Shown here: positions 43,465-53,621 of the stretch, in pieces
How positions within the stretch are numbered: the stretch's first letter is position 1
Layout: the number at the start of each line of letters is the position of its first letter
Source: Candidatus Omnitrophota bacterium
GTDB lineage: Bacteria; Omnitrophota; Gorgyraeia; B26-G9
Reading direction: 5' to 3'
Length of the DNA: 63,055 bases
NCBI GenBank assembly: GCA_043806135.1
Contig: JAZDHG010000040.1
Span: 1-63,055, forward strand
The notes under the pieces: generated by a model
Told to the model about the DNA's origin: nothing
Seen by the model: only the letters and a program-made list of their open reading frames with translations
The model's database searches: none
Position numbers and translations under genes: made by a program

Positions 43465-45897
43465 ATGAATAAAAAACATCCATGGAAATTGATTTATAAA
43501 AATTTTGAACCGGAAGAAGAGAGCTTGCGTGAGGCTCTTTGTACATTGGGTAACGGGTACCTCGGTACAAGAGGCGCCGCACCGGAAGCAGTTCCCACAG
43601 AAATGCATTATCCGGGTACTTATGTCGCAGGTTTATATAACCGTCTGCCTACGAACATTGCGGGCAGGACTATTTATAATGAAGACCTGGTTAACTGTCC
43701 GAACTGGACATACCTGACTTTTAATATCCGTGACGGGGCATGGTTCAGCCCTTCTGCTACCAGAATTATTTCTTTTCATCAGGAGCTGGATATGCGGCAG
43801 GGAAAGCTGGTCAGAAAAATATTATGCCAGATGCCGCATGGACGCAGAACATGGATCCATGAAACAAGAATTGTGAGCATGGCAAATCCGCATATTGCGG
43901 CAATAAAATATGAGATCACCCCTGATAATTACAGCGATTATATAACTGTGCGTTCTATGCTGGACGGGTCAGTGCTGAACATGAATGTTGAAAGGTACCG
44001 CCAGCTTAATTTCATTCACTGGCAGTCTCATGTGATGGGAAAATTTACCAGTAACGGAGTTTTCTTGGGTGTCAAAACAAGTCAGTCCAAGATTGAGTTG
44101 TATGAGGCGGCAAAACTGAGGATTTTTGAAGGTTTAAAAGAGCTTAAACCTACGATTGAAACTATTCGCCACGGCAACCAGGTTATCGGACAGCAATTAA
44201 GAATTTTTGCCAAAAAGGAGCAGACTTATATCATAGAAAAGACAGTCTCCATTTTCACATCCAAAGATAAAGGTGTTAAAAGCGCACAATTAGAGTCGAT
44301 CAAAGCGGCAAAAAAACTGCCTAAGTTCGATGTTTTGCTGGAACTTCATAAAAAGGCCTGGCAAAAGCTTTGGAAGGAATTTGATATTGAGATAGAGGGA
44401 GATGTCTTTTCTCAACAGGTTCTGCGGCTGCATATTTTCCATTTGCTGCAGACCGCTTCACCACATAATAAAGATATCGATGCCGGGATGCCGGCACGCG
44501 GTTTGCACGGAGAGGCCTATCGCGGGCATGTCTTCTGGGACGAAGTTTTTGTTCTGCCTTTTTTTAATCTGCATATGCCGCAAATAGCAAAGGCACTTCT
44601 TCTATACAGGTATAATCGCTTGGAAAAGGCAAGGGAATACGCGATAGATAACGGCTATAAAGGTGCAATGTTTCCTTGGCAAAGCGGATCTTCGGGCAGA
44701 GAGGAAACACAGGTCGTGCATTTGAACCCGCGTTCAGGTAAATGGGGGCCGGATTACAGTCGAAACCAAAGACATGTTTCCTTTGCTGTTGTTTATAATG
44801 TGTGGAATTACTGGAAAATGACCAATGATCTTGATTTTCTTGAAAAGTACGGTGCGGAGATAATTCTATCTGTCGCCCAGCTTGCATGCAGCTTATGTAA
44901 ATATGATGCTAAGAAGAAAAAGTATCATGTGCGCGGAGTTATGGGACCGGATGAATTTCATGAAAAATTTCCCGGCATCTCGAGTCCTGGATTGATTGAT
45001 AATGCCTATACGAATATAATGATAGTCTGGACCATTAAAAAAGGACAAGAGATACTAAAATTAGTTTCACAAAAAAGAACGGCACAGCTTAAGAAAAAAT
45101 TAAAACTTACTGGATATGAGACAGATCGGTGGGAACGCATCATACGCAAGATGAATATAATCATGGACAGCAAGGGGGTTATTGCTCAATTTAAGGGATA
45201 CTTTAAGCTTAAAGAGCTTGATTGGGATCGTTATAGAAAAAAATACAAAAACATATACCGCATGGATAGGATTCTTAAGGCAGAGGGGAAGTCTCCGGAT
45301 AATTATAAATCAGCAAAACAGGCAGATGTATTGATGATTTTTTATTTATTGAATATCGATGAAGTAGAGGATATCTTTAAGGCAGCAGGATACAATATTA
45401 CAAGTCAGTTCTTGAAAAATAATTATGATTATTATGTTAAGCGTACTTCTCACGGTTCTACCTTAAGTAAAGTTGTACATTGTTTTGTTTCTCAAAAGAT
45501 AAGCAAACCAGAGGCATCCTGGGATTGGTTTATAAAGGTTTTAAGATCCGACATATACGATACTCAAGGCGGAACTACAACAGAAGGGATCCATGCCGGC
45601 GTAATGGGCGGATCTCTGGATATTGCAATAAGAAGTTTTGCCGGCGTACAGGTATCAGACAGCGGGATTGATGTCCATCCTGAATTGCCACACAAGTGGC
45701 ACAGGATGAAATTCAGCATGCTATATAAAGGGCAGACGCTTGTTTTTGATATTAAAAAATCAAGGATTAAAATATCTTTGAAAAAAAACATTCCGGATTC
45801 AGGGAAACTCCCGATTAATATTAACTCAAGAAAATATTTAATTACGCCGGGCACAACGATAACTGCAACTTTAGCAAAAAAGGATCCGCATAGATAA
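43465..45897 (+). CDS. GH65 glycoside phosphorylase (trehalose/trehalose-6-phosphate/maltose)
   Basis: GNGYLGTRG, YRGHVFWDE, GPDEFH, KQAD and HGSTLS motifs. Confidence 0.9.
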   Translation: MNKKHPWKLIYKNFEPEEESLREALCTLGNGYLGTRGAAPEAVPTEMHYPGTYVAGLYNRLPTNIAGRTIYNEDLVNCPNWTYLTFNIRDGAWFSPSATRIISFHQELDMRQGKLVRKILCQMPHGRRTWIHETRIVSMANPHIAAIKYEITPDNYSDYITVRSMLDGSVLNMNVERYRQLNFIHWQSHVMGKFTSNGVFLGVKTSQSKIELYEAAKLRIFEGLKELKPTIETIRHGNQVIGQQLRIFAKKEQTYIIEKTVSIFTSKDKGVKSAQLESIKAAKKLPKFDVLLELHKKAWQKLWKEFDIEIEGDVFSQQVLRLHIFHLLQTASPHNKDIDAGMPARGLHGEAYRGHVFWDEVFVLPFFNLHMPQIAKALLLYRYNRLEKAREYAIDNGYKGAMFPWQSGSSGREETQVVHLNPRSGKWGPDYSRNQRHVSFAVVYNVWNYWKMTNDLDFLEKYGAEIILSVAQLACSLCKYDAKKKKYHVRGVMGPDEFHEKFPGISSPGLIDNAYTNIMIVWTIKKGQEILKLVSQKRTAQLKKKLKLTGYETDRWERIIRKMNIIMDSKGVIAQFKGYFKLKELDWDRYRKKYKNIYRMDRILKAEGKSPDNYKSAKQADVLMIFYLLNIDEVEDIFKAAGYNITSQFLKNNYDYYVKRTSHGSTLSKVVHCFVSQKISKPEASWDWFIKVLRSDIYDTQGGTTTEGIHAGVMGGSLDIAIRSFAGVQVSDSGIDVHPELPHKWHRMKFSMLYKGQTLVFDIKKSRIKISLKKNIPDSGKLPININSRKYLITPGTTITATLAKKDPHR

Positions 45898-46000
45898 GTT
45901 TCTGAAATGGAGCAAGCTTATTTTTCTTTGTAGAACCTCTTGATGCAAATTTAAAAGTTTTTAATCTGCTGCGTTCATATATTTATGCGGAGAAGTATAG

Positions 46001-47833
46001 ATGAAAATAGGAGCAAATTATATCAGCGATGGTAAGTGCGAGTTTATGGTCTGGGCTCCTTTTGCCCAAGAGATAAATCTAAAGACCATCTTCCCCTTAC
46101 CGCGTCTTGTGAAAATGGATAGGGATAATAGAGGATATTGGAAAGCTGAGGTTAAAAATATATCCCCTGGGACAACCTACCTTTACCAGATCGACGGCTC
46201 TAAGGAAAGGCCAGACCCAGCTTCTGCTTATCAGCCGGAAGGGGTACACGGTCCATCAGCGGTAATCGACCATAAAAGCTTTATATGGGATGATCATTCT
46301 TTTTACGGTATTGGGCTTCCGGAAATGGTGATCTATGAATTGCATGTAGGGACATTTACAGAGGGGGGTAATTTTAATCAGATTATTCCCCGCTTAAAAG
46401 AGCTGGTAAATCTCGGCATTACGACTTTGGAATTGATGCCTGTTGCCCAGTTTTCCGGTAGGAGGAACTGGGGCTATGATGGGGTATATCCTTATGCTGT
46501 GCAGAATTCTTACGGCGGATGTGAAGGGTTAAAAGAGCTTGTTAACGAAGCGCATGTTCACGGGATATCGGTTATTCTAGATGTTGTCTATAATCATCTG
46601 GGCCCCGAAGGGAACTATCTTTCTGATTACGGACCTTATTTTACCGATAAATACAAAACCCCCTATGGGCAGGCAGTTAATTTTGATGATGCATACAGCA
46701 GTGAGGTGAGAAGTTTTTTTGTTCAAAATGCGCTGTATTGGCTGGAGAATTATCATATAGACGGACTCCGTTTAGACGCTGTGCAGGGGATTTATGATAT
46801 GAGCGCAAAGCATTTTTTGCAGGAACTCTCTGAAAATGTTGATGATTTTTCGCGCAAGCAAAAGAAAAAATACTATTTGATAGCTGAAAGCGATCTGAAT
46901 GATGCGGGTATACTTAAAGCTAGTATGCATGGCGGTTATGGGATCGATGCTCAGTGGAACGATGATTTTCATCATTGCCTGCATGCTGTTTTCACAGGCG
47001 AAAAAACCGGCTGCTATATTGATTTCGGGCAGATAGAAAAATTGAGCCGGGCATTTGAGGAAGGCTTTGTTTATCAAGGCGAGTATTCTGATTTCAGAAA
47101 AAGACAGCACGGTAATTCAAGCGTTGATATCCCGGCTAATCAGTTTATTGTTTTTTCCCAAAACCATGATCAGGTAGGAAACCGATTGCGCGGAGAAAGA
47201 CTGACACAGTTGGTAACATTTGAGCTGCTTAAACTTGCCGCTGCGTCAGTGATACTCTCTCCCTATGTGCCCATGCTTTTTATGGGAGAGGAATATGCGG
47301 AACCAGCACCTTTTTTATATTTTGTTGAGCACAGTGATGAACAGCTGATAAAAGACATGCGCAGAGACAGAAAAAATAAATTTTCCTCATTTGGGTTTGA
47401 AGGTACTCCGGCTGATGCGCAGGATGAGGAGACTTTTAAGTTTTCCAAGTTGTGCTGGGAAAAAAGAAGTGAGGCAGAGCACAAGGTGATGCTCAGTTTT
47501 TATAAAAAGCTGATAGAACTCAGGAAAACACTCCCGGGTTTTAAAAAGCTTGATAAACATTCACTTGAAATATCGATAGACGAAAAACAGAAGCTTTTGT
47601 TTTGGAGAAGGTGGTATAATAGAAATGAATTATTCTGTGTGATGAATTTTTCTAAACATGATGGTTCTTTTTCCCTTGAAGCCAGTGATGGAAAATGGAA
47701 GAAAATTATTGATTCAGCAGGAGAGATTTGGCTTGGAAGCGGGACTTTACTTCCGGATATAATAGAAAATAAACAAAGTTTAAATATAAAGATGAACAGC
47801 GTTGCTTTGTACCAAAAGGAGGTTTTAAGGTGA
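46001..47833 (+). CDS. treZ: Malto-oligosyltrehalose trehalohydrolase (GH13)
   Basis: YELHVGTF, NWGYDG, DVVYNHLGPEGNY, GLRLDAV and QNHDQVGNR motifs. Confidence 0.92.
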   Translation: MKIGANYISDGKCEFMVWAPFAQEINLKTIFPLPRLVKMDRDNRGYWKAEVKNISPGTTYLYQIDGSKERPDPASAYQPEGVHGPSAVIDHKSFIWDDHSFYGIGLPEMVIYELHVGTFTEGGNFNQIIPRLKELVNLGITTLELMPVAQFSGRRNWGYDGVYPYAVQNSYGGCEGLKELVNEAHVHGISVILDVVYNHLGPEGNYLSDYGPYFTDKYKTPYGQAVNFDDAYSSEVRSFFVQNALYWLENYHIDGLRLDAVQGIYDMSAKHFLQELSENVDDFSRKQKKKYYLIAESDLNDAGILKASMHGGYGIDAQWNDDFHHCLHAVFTGEKTGCYIDFGQIEKLSRAFEEGFVYQGEYSDFRKRQHGNSSVDIPANQFIVFSQNHDQVGNRLRGERLTQLVTFELLKLAAASVILSPYVPMLFMGEEYAEPAPFLYFVEHSDEQLIKDMRRDRKNKFSSFGFEGTPADAQDEETFKFSKLCWEKRSEAEHKVMLSFYKKLIELRKTLPGFKKLDKHSLEISIDEKQKLLFWRRWYNRNELFCVMNFSKHDGSFSLEASDGKWKKIIDSAGEIWLGSGTLLPDIIENKQSLNIKMNSVALYQKEVLR

Positions 47834-50256
47834 ATCGTTATCTATGCGTACATGGGCATTTTTATCAGCCGCCCAGGGAAAATCCCTGGTTAAGCGAAGT
47901 TGAAATTCAGGATTCAGCTTACCCTTATCATGACTGGAATGAAAGAATAATAACAGAATGCTATGCGCCTAACGGGGCTTCGCGTATTCTCGATGCGGAG
48001 AATAAAATTATTGATATCGTTAATAATTACTCGCAGATTAGTTTTAATTTCGGGCCTACACTGCTTTCCTGGATGCTGCGCAAAAATCCGGAGACTTACG
48101 ATAAGATAATTAAGGCGGATAAAGAAAACCGTGAGAAATTTTCCGGTCACGGGCCGGCAATCGCCCAGGTCTATAATCATATGATCATGCCTTTGGCCAG
48201 TAGAAGAGATAAGCAGACTCAAATTGAGTGGGGGATAAAAGATTTTGAATACAGGTTTGAAAGAAAGCCGGAAGGAATGTGGCTTGCCGAGACAGCAGTT
48301 GATCTGGAAACTCTCGATATCATGGCAGATTATGGTATTAAGTTTACGATACTTTCTCCTTACCAGGCTAATAAAGTAAAATCAATTCAAAGCAAGGAAT
48401 GGCTTAATGCCTCCGGAGGGAAGATTGACCCCAAACAGGCTTATTTATGCCGTCTTCCGTCAGGCAAAAGCATAAATATCTTCTTTTATGACGGGCCAGT
48501 ATCCCAGGATGTCGCTTTTGGCAGATTGCTGGATAACGGGGATAATTTTGCCAATCGATTAATAGGAACTTTTTCTGATAATAAGGAGCAGCCGCAGTTG
48601 GCACACATTGCAACAGACGGAGAAACTTACGGGCATCACCACATCTATGGTGAAATGGCGCTCTCTTACGCACTCAATAACATCGCGGAAAAATCCCGGG
48701 CAAAGATCACGATTTACGCAGAATTTCTGGAAAAATTTCCGCCTAGAAATGAGGTACAGGTAATCGAAAATTCTTCCTGGAGCTGTTTTCATGGCATTGA
48801 GCGCTGGAGGAGTAATTGCGGATGCCATGTGGGTATTAATTCTGACTGGGACCAATCCTGGCGCGTAGGTCTGCGTAAGGCTATGGACTGGCTGCGGGAC
48901 TCACTTGCAGGCATTTATGAAGAGCAGATAGTAAAATATCTGGATGATGCCTGGGCGGCACGCAATGATTACATCAATGTTGTTTTAAAACGTACGCCTG
49001 ATAGTATTAATGCGTTCTTGTCCTTGCATGCGGAAAAAAAACTAAGCGCGACTGAAAAGACAAATGTACTCAGGCTTCTTGAAATGCAGCGGCATGCAAT
49101 GTTGATGTATACAAGCTGCGGCTGGTATTTTGATGATGTCTCCGGAACAGAGGCAATGCAGGTTATTCACTATGCAGCGCGGGCAATACAGCTGGCCAGA
49201 GCAGTGAGCGGAATTGATCTTGAAGCAGAATATTTGGATATCCTAAAGGGGGCAAAAAGTAATATAAAAGGGTATGACAATGCGGCAAGGCTTTATGAAA
49301 AGTTTGTAAGAACTACAATGCTTGACCTGAAAAGAGTTGCGGCGCATTATGCGGTCTCCTCTCTTTTTAACACTTATGATAAGCAAGTAAATATCTATAA
49401 TTATGAGATGAAGAGTGAGAATTCTGAGCGCATGGTAGCAGGCAAACAGCAGTTTGTTGCAGGCAGTATTTACATTAAGTCTGCAATTACTTTTGAGCAG
49501 GAAGAATTCAGTTATGCGGTGCTGCATTTAGGAGATCATATAATCTTTGGCGGAATTTGTCCTGTACTAAATGACGAGATATTCACGAGAATGCATTTTC
49601 AAATAAAAGATGCGTTTGGAAAGGGGGACGTATCTTCCATAATTTCTTTGCTTGATAAATATTTTCAAGGACATAGTTATTCACTTTGGCATGTTTTTAG
49701 AGATGAACAAAGAAGAATACTTACACATATGCTCACTTCTGCCTTAAAGGAGATCGAGACATCATTCAGGCAGATAAATGAGAATCATTACCCGATTATG
49801 CTGGCAATGAAGCAGAATAATATACCGCTGCCGCAGGTTTTGCTAAGTACTTTAAGTTTTATTTTTAATAAGGAGATTAAAAATAAGCTTGAGCAGGATG
49901 AAGTAGAAATAAGGCAGATCATAGATCTGGTTAAAGAGAGCAAGCGTTGGACATTAAACATAGACAAGACTACGCTTGGTTTTGTGGCAAGCAGAAAAAT
50001 AAGCAGCTTAATGGCGCAATTCAGGGATGATCCCGAGAATGCAGATATTATAAAGAATATGGAAAATCTTTTCAAAATCCTGCGTCCTCTAGGGCTTGAG
50101 ATGCGCATATGGGAGGCGCAAAATATATATTTTTCTGTGAAAAAAGAGTTATATAATGTTATGCAGGGAAAGGCTAATCAGGATGATAAAAACGCCCAAA
50201 AATGGGTGCGCAACTTTAAAGCCTTGGGCGGATATCTTTTCGTAAGGAGCAAATAA
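47830..50256 (+). CDS. GH57 / DUF3536 glycoside hydrolase
   Basis: HGHFYQPPRENPW, GMWLAETA, ATDGETYGHH and MYTSCGW motifs. Confidence 0.9.
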   Translation: MNRYLCVHGHFYQPPRENPWLSEVEIQDSAYPYHDWNERIITECYAPNGASRILDAENKIIDIVNNYSQISFNFGPTLLSWMLRKNPETYDKIIKADKENREKFSGHGPAIAQVYNHMIMPLASRRDKQTQIEWGIKDFEYRFERKPEGMWLAETAVDLETLDIMADYGIKFTILSPYQANKVKSIQSKEWLNASGGKIDPKQAYLCRLPSGKSINIFFYDGPVSQDVAFGRLLDNGDNFANRLIGTFSDNKEQPQLAHIATDGETYGHHHIYGEMALSYALNNIAEKSRAKITIYAEFLEKFPPRNEVQVIENSSWSCFHGIERWRSNCGCHVGINSDWDQSWRVGLRKAMDWLRDSLAGIYEEQIVKYLDDAWAARNDYINVVLKRTPDSINAFLSLHAEKKLSATEKTNVLRLLEMQRHAMLMYTSCGWYFDDVSGTEAMQVIHYAARAIQLARAVSGIDLEAEYLDILKGAKSNIKGYDNAARLYEKFVRTTMLDLKRVAAHYAVSSLFNTYDKQVNIYNYEMKSENSERMVAGKQQFVAGSIYIKSAITFEQEEFSYAVLHLGDHIIFGGICPVLNDEIFTRMHFQIKDAFGKGDVSSIISLLDKYFQGHSYSLWHVFRDEQRRILTHMLTSALKEIETSFRQINENHYPIMLAMKQNNIPLPQVLLSTLSFIFNKEIKNKLEQDEVEIRQIIDLVKESKRWTLNIDKTTLGFVASRKISSLMAQFRDDPENADIIKNMENLFKILRPLGLEMRIWEAQNIYFSVKKELYNVMQGKANQDDKNAQKWVRNFKALGGYLFVRSK

Positions 50257-50304
50257 TGTATTTGTTTTACGGCTGCTTAATTGATTGATAATCAGGAGAT
50301 AAAA

Positions 50305-51804
50305 ATGGACAATAGGGGCAGTGGTTTATTATTACATGTCAGTTGTCTCTGGTCTGACTTTGGTATCGGGGATTTGGGGCCATCAGCATACGAATTCATT
50401 GATATGCTCCATGCCTCAAAACAGAGTTACTGGCAGGTTTTGCCGTTTAACCCGACAAATGCCGTAAACGGCAATTCGCCCTACAGCAGTGTTTCTGCTT
50501 TTGCGGCAAATATTTTTTTTATCAGTCCCCAATTGATGCTCAAAGACGGGCTTATCGAAAAAAGAGAGTTTGATTTATTTGCAGGATTTTCGTCAAAGAA
50601 AGTTGAGTATTCAAAGGTCTATGAATCTAAGGCAAGGATATTTGATATTGCATATGAAAAATTCAAGCAGGAGGATAAAAAAACAAAGACTAATTCATTT
50701 TATAAAGAGAACAGGTTATGGCTTGATGATTACGCGGCATTTATAGTTTTTAAAAAAGTTTTTGACGGAAAGCTTTGGACGCAATGGCCAAAAGAAATAA
50801 GGGATAGAGTCCCTGAGGAGCTAAGGAGATTAAAGAAGCAGCATCTGGATGAGATAGAAAAGGAACGATTTCTTCAGTACTTATTTTTCCGGCAATGGAT
50901 AGCTCTTAAAAAATATGCGAATAAGAAAGGTGTCCAGATAATCGGCGATATCCCTATTTATGTGACGTATGACAGCGCAGATGTCTGGACAAACCCTTCA
51001 ATATTCAAACTCGATCAAGAGAAAAATCTAAAATATCTTGCAGGCGTTCCTCCCGACTATTTCAGTCAGAACGGACAGCTGTGGGGAAATCCTGTTTATG
51101 ACTGGGAAGTTATGAGGCAGACCGGCTATCAATGGTGGATACAGAGGGTTGACCATAATCTCAAAATTTTTGATAAGGTACGCATCGATCATTTCCGCGG
51201 TTTTGTTGATTTCTGGCAGGTTCCGGCCGGAGAAAATACAGCAATTAACGGACATTGGGAAAAAGCACAGGCTATGGATTTTTTTAATACACTGTTAAAC
51301 AAGTATTCTGATCTCCCGATTATTGCAGAAGATTTAGGCATTATAACCGATGAGGTCAGGGATACAATAAAATATTTTGGATTTGCCGGCATGAAGATCC
51401 TGCTTTTTGCTTTTTATGAGGATTTAAAAAAACATCCGTATCTGCCGCATAATTATACAGCTAACTGTGTTGCTTATACAGGTACGCATGATAATAATAC
51501 TGTGGCTGGCTGGTTTGAAAATGAGCTCAAGGAAGAAGATAAGAAGAAAATGTTTACTTATTTGGGCAGGGAAGTACCTGTTGATGAAGTACACTGGGCA
51601 TTAATTGAGATGTTGATGGAATCAAAGGCGAATACAGTGATATTCCCTGTGCAGGATATCCTTGGGCTGGGGCAGGAGCACAGGATGAATATGCCGGGGG
51701 TAGCTCAGGATAATTGGCAGTGGAGGTTATCAAAGGATTATCTATCTGATAATATTTTAGAAAGATTATCAAAACTTACAGTTAACTCAAATAGAAACAG
51801 ATAG
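50305..51804 (+). CDS. malQ: 4-alpha-glucanotransferase (GH77)
   Basis: GVPPDYFS..GQLWGNP, RIDHFRG, IAEDLG and TGTHDN motifs; SD aggag. Confidence 0.94.
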   Translation: MDNRGSGLLLHVSCLWSDFGIGDLGPSAYEFIDMLHASKQSYWQVLPFNPTNAVNGNSPYSSVSAFAANIFFISPQLMLKDGLIEKREFDLFAGFSSKKVEYSKVYESKARIFDIAYEKFKQEDKKTKTNSFYKENRLWLDDYAAFIVFKKVFDGKLWTQWPKEIRDRVPEELRRLKKQHLDEIEKERFLQYLFFRQWIALKKYANKKGVQIIGDIPIYVTYDSADVWTNPSIFKLDQEKNLKYLAGVPPDYFSQNGQLWGNPVYDWEVMRQTGYQWWIQRVDHNLKIFDKVRIDHFRGFVDFWQVPAGENTAINGHWEKAQAMDFFNTLLNKYSDLPIIAEDLGIITDEVRDTIKYFGFAGMKILLFAFYEDLKKHPYLPHNYTANCVAYTGTHDNNTVAGWFENELKEEDKKKMFTYLGREVPVDEVHWALIEMLMESKANTVIFPVQDILGLGQEHRMNMPGVAQDNWQWRLSKDYLSDNILERLSKLTVNSNRNR

Positions 51805-51845
51805 TTACAAACATAAACTTTTTCTAAAAATTTCCTTAGGAACAC

Positions 51846-51874
51846 TTGTAAAAGCAAAAAAACTATGGTATAAT
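51846..51874 (+). promoter_or_regulatory. Sigma70-type promoter
   Basis: TTGTAA-17 bp-TATAAT with TGn extension. Confidence 0.6.
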
Positions 51875-51953
51875 TAAATAGTTTTAAAAAGTTTATAATA
51901 GGTTGTTTTAATATCCTAAAAGGTTTGTTCTAAGAAATAAAAGGAGATTATTA

Positions 51954-52094
51954 ATGCGCATGTTTAGAGAAGAATCTTTGCAAATATTTAAAAGCTTTTA
52001 CCTTAAGAAAGTAGCTTTACTCAAAGTACTATACTTAACCATAGTTGCCTACGTGGTCTATTTCATGATACTTGTTCTTGCCAAAGGGATATGA
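51954..52094 (+). CDS. 46-aa single-TM small membrane protein
   Basis: SD aaaggag; MRMFREESLQIFKSFYLKKVALLKVLYLTIVAYVVYFMILVLAKGI. Confidence 0.6.
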   Translation: MRMFREESLQIFKSFYLKKVALLKVLYLTIVAYVVYFMILVLAKGI

Positions 52095-52282
52095 AAGCAG
52101 CTCTTGCCTATTTTCTGTAATTATTACACATCATAAATCTCAACATATTTTGAATAAATAAGTTATATTTATTATTTTTCTGCCTGTGATCTGGCAAAAA
52201 TTCCAAATAGATGGTATACTTCATTGTTTTTATTTGCCTGATTACTCATCAAGTATAAGGCTTTAAATGCGATAAGGATAAA

Positions 52283-53326
52283 ATGAGAGTAAAAAATAAA
52301 TTATACTTAAAAACAGCAGTTTTAACGTTAATCTATATGTTTTTACTGCTAAATTCCTGGACAGAAGCTGCGCAGATTCTAACCAGCAACAGGTATCAAT
52401 GTGATTATTATAAGGTTAAAGTGATCCGTGCCAATCTTGCTCCGGCATTAGCTATCAACCAATTGCACATAAAAGAATTACTTCAACCCCTGGGGTTGCC
52501 TGAAAAAGAGCTGCAGATAAAAATGGTTGAAAAGCAGCCAAAGGACTTCCTACGTGCAGATGAGGATATTAAAGTACTAGTCTTAGATCTGGACGATACC
52601 TTATACACTAATGAGTTGTTTCAGCAGGCAATATTGCAAAAATGGCATGATTTTATGATTTTTAAAATTCAAAAAAAATTAGAGATATCTCAAGATCAAG
52701 CGTCTGCTTTACTTGAAAAAGAAAAGCAGAAGATAGCAGCTGAGTTTAAAAATACGCATTTGCGCATGCCTACATTTACGGAAATAGCTGAGCGCATAGG
52801 ATTTGATCATGAGTTTAACGTAAAAGATTGGGAGAGATTTAAAAATAAACATATAGATCCGCAGGAATATTTATCCGAGGACCCCATCCTGATAAATGCA
52901 CTAAAGCAGCTTGCTCGTAGATATACTGTTGTTTTATTGACAAATAATACGCGACAGCAGACAATAAGAATCCTTTATGCACTGGGTGTTAGAGATTATA
53001 GAACATATTTTAAATTTTTAAAAACAAACGCGCGCAAGCCCAGCCCGTACATTTTTCAATATGTGGCACGGAAATTTTCAGTAAAGCCTCAACAATGCGT
53101 CTCTATAGGAGACAGCTATGAGAAGGATATTAAACCTGCGCTAAGTATGGGGATGCAGAGCATTCATGTTTCTTCGCATAAAGATTTTATTGAAATTGCA
53201 GCTGCATTTTTACTGAAGAAAACAGATAAAGAGAATACTGATTATTTAAACCGTAACTTATTTCCTGCGCCGGAAAGGGATTTTGATTTTTCTTTTGCAC
53301 AGCTTCTGCTTGAATCCTCAATCTAA
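52283..53326 (+). CDS. HAD-family hydrolase with an N-terminal signal peptide
   Basis: LDLDDTLY, LTNN, RKP and GDSYEKDI motifs after a signal-like sequence and linker. Confidence 0.82.
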   Translation: MRVKNKLYLKTAVLTLIYMFLLLNSWTEAAQILTSNRYQCDYYKVKVIRANLAPALAINQLHIKELLQPLGLPEKELQIKMVEKQPKDFLRADEDIKVLVLDLDDTLYTNELFQQAILQKWHDFMIFKIQKKLEISQDQASALLEKEKQKIAAEFKNTHLRMPTFTEIAERIGFDHEFNVKDWERFKNKHIDPQEYLSEDPILINALKQLARRYTVVLLTNNTRQQTIRILYALGVRDYRTYFKFLKTNARKPSPYIFQYVARKFSVKPQQCVSIGDSYEKDIKPALSMGMQSIHVSSHKDFIEIAAAFLLKKTDKENTDYLNRNLFPAPERDFDFSFAQLLLESSI

Positions 53327-53388
53327 ACACAAAAAATATTTTTTAAACAGCCTGCCAAAAATTTTTAATTTCACTGTAGCAATCCCTA

Positions 53389-53599
53389 GCCCGGCCATTT
53401 CATGGTATCGTCGTAACGAGCATGCCCTGTACCAGAGCAATCACGGTACAGGGTAGACGTGGTGCAGATATAAGGCATGAGACTAAAGTTCCCGGAGGCA
53501 TGCTTTCTGAGGTACGTCGAGGAAGCTTTAGGAAGCATAACGCAGTAGATGTACAGCAATTTGTATGCGCAGTAGAATATACCGTGAAATATTCGGGGC
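53389..53599 (+). ncRNA. Unidentified ~210-nt structured RNA (or MITE) candidate
   Basis: Closing stem atttcatggtat/ataccgtgaaat; internal stems tgccctgtacc/ggtacagggta and tgctttctgagg/ctttaggaagca; GC-richer than flanks. Confidence 0.5.
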
Positions 53600-53621
53600 A
53601 ATGTATTATAATGTTTTTTAT

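Noticed and set aside
53420-53540. Resemblance to Bacillus-type SRP RNA (TGCCCTGTACC; AGGT...GGAAGC)
   Set aside because: The conserved helix-8 motif CAGG-GNRA-AGCAG is absent and these bases pair differently here
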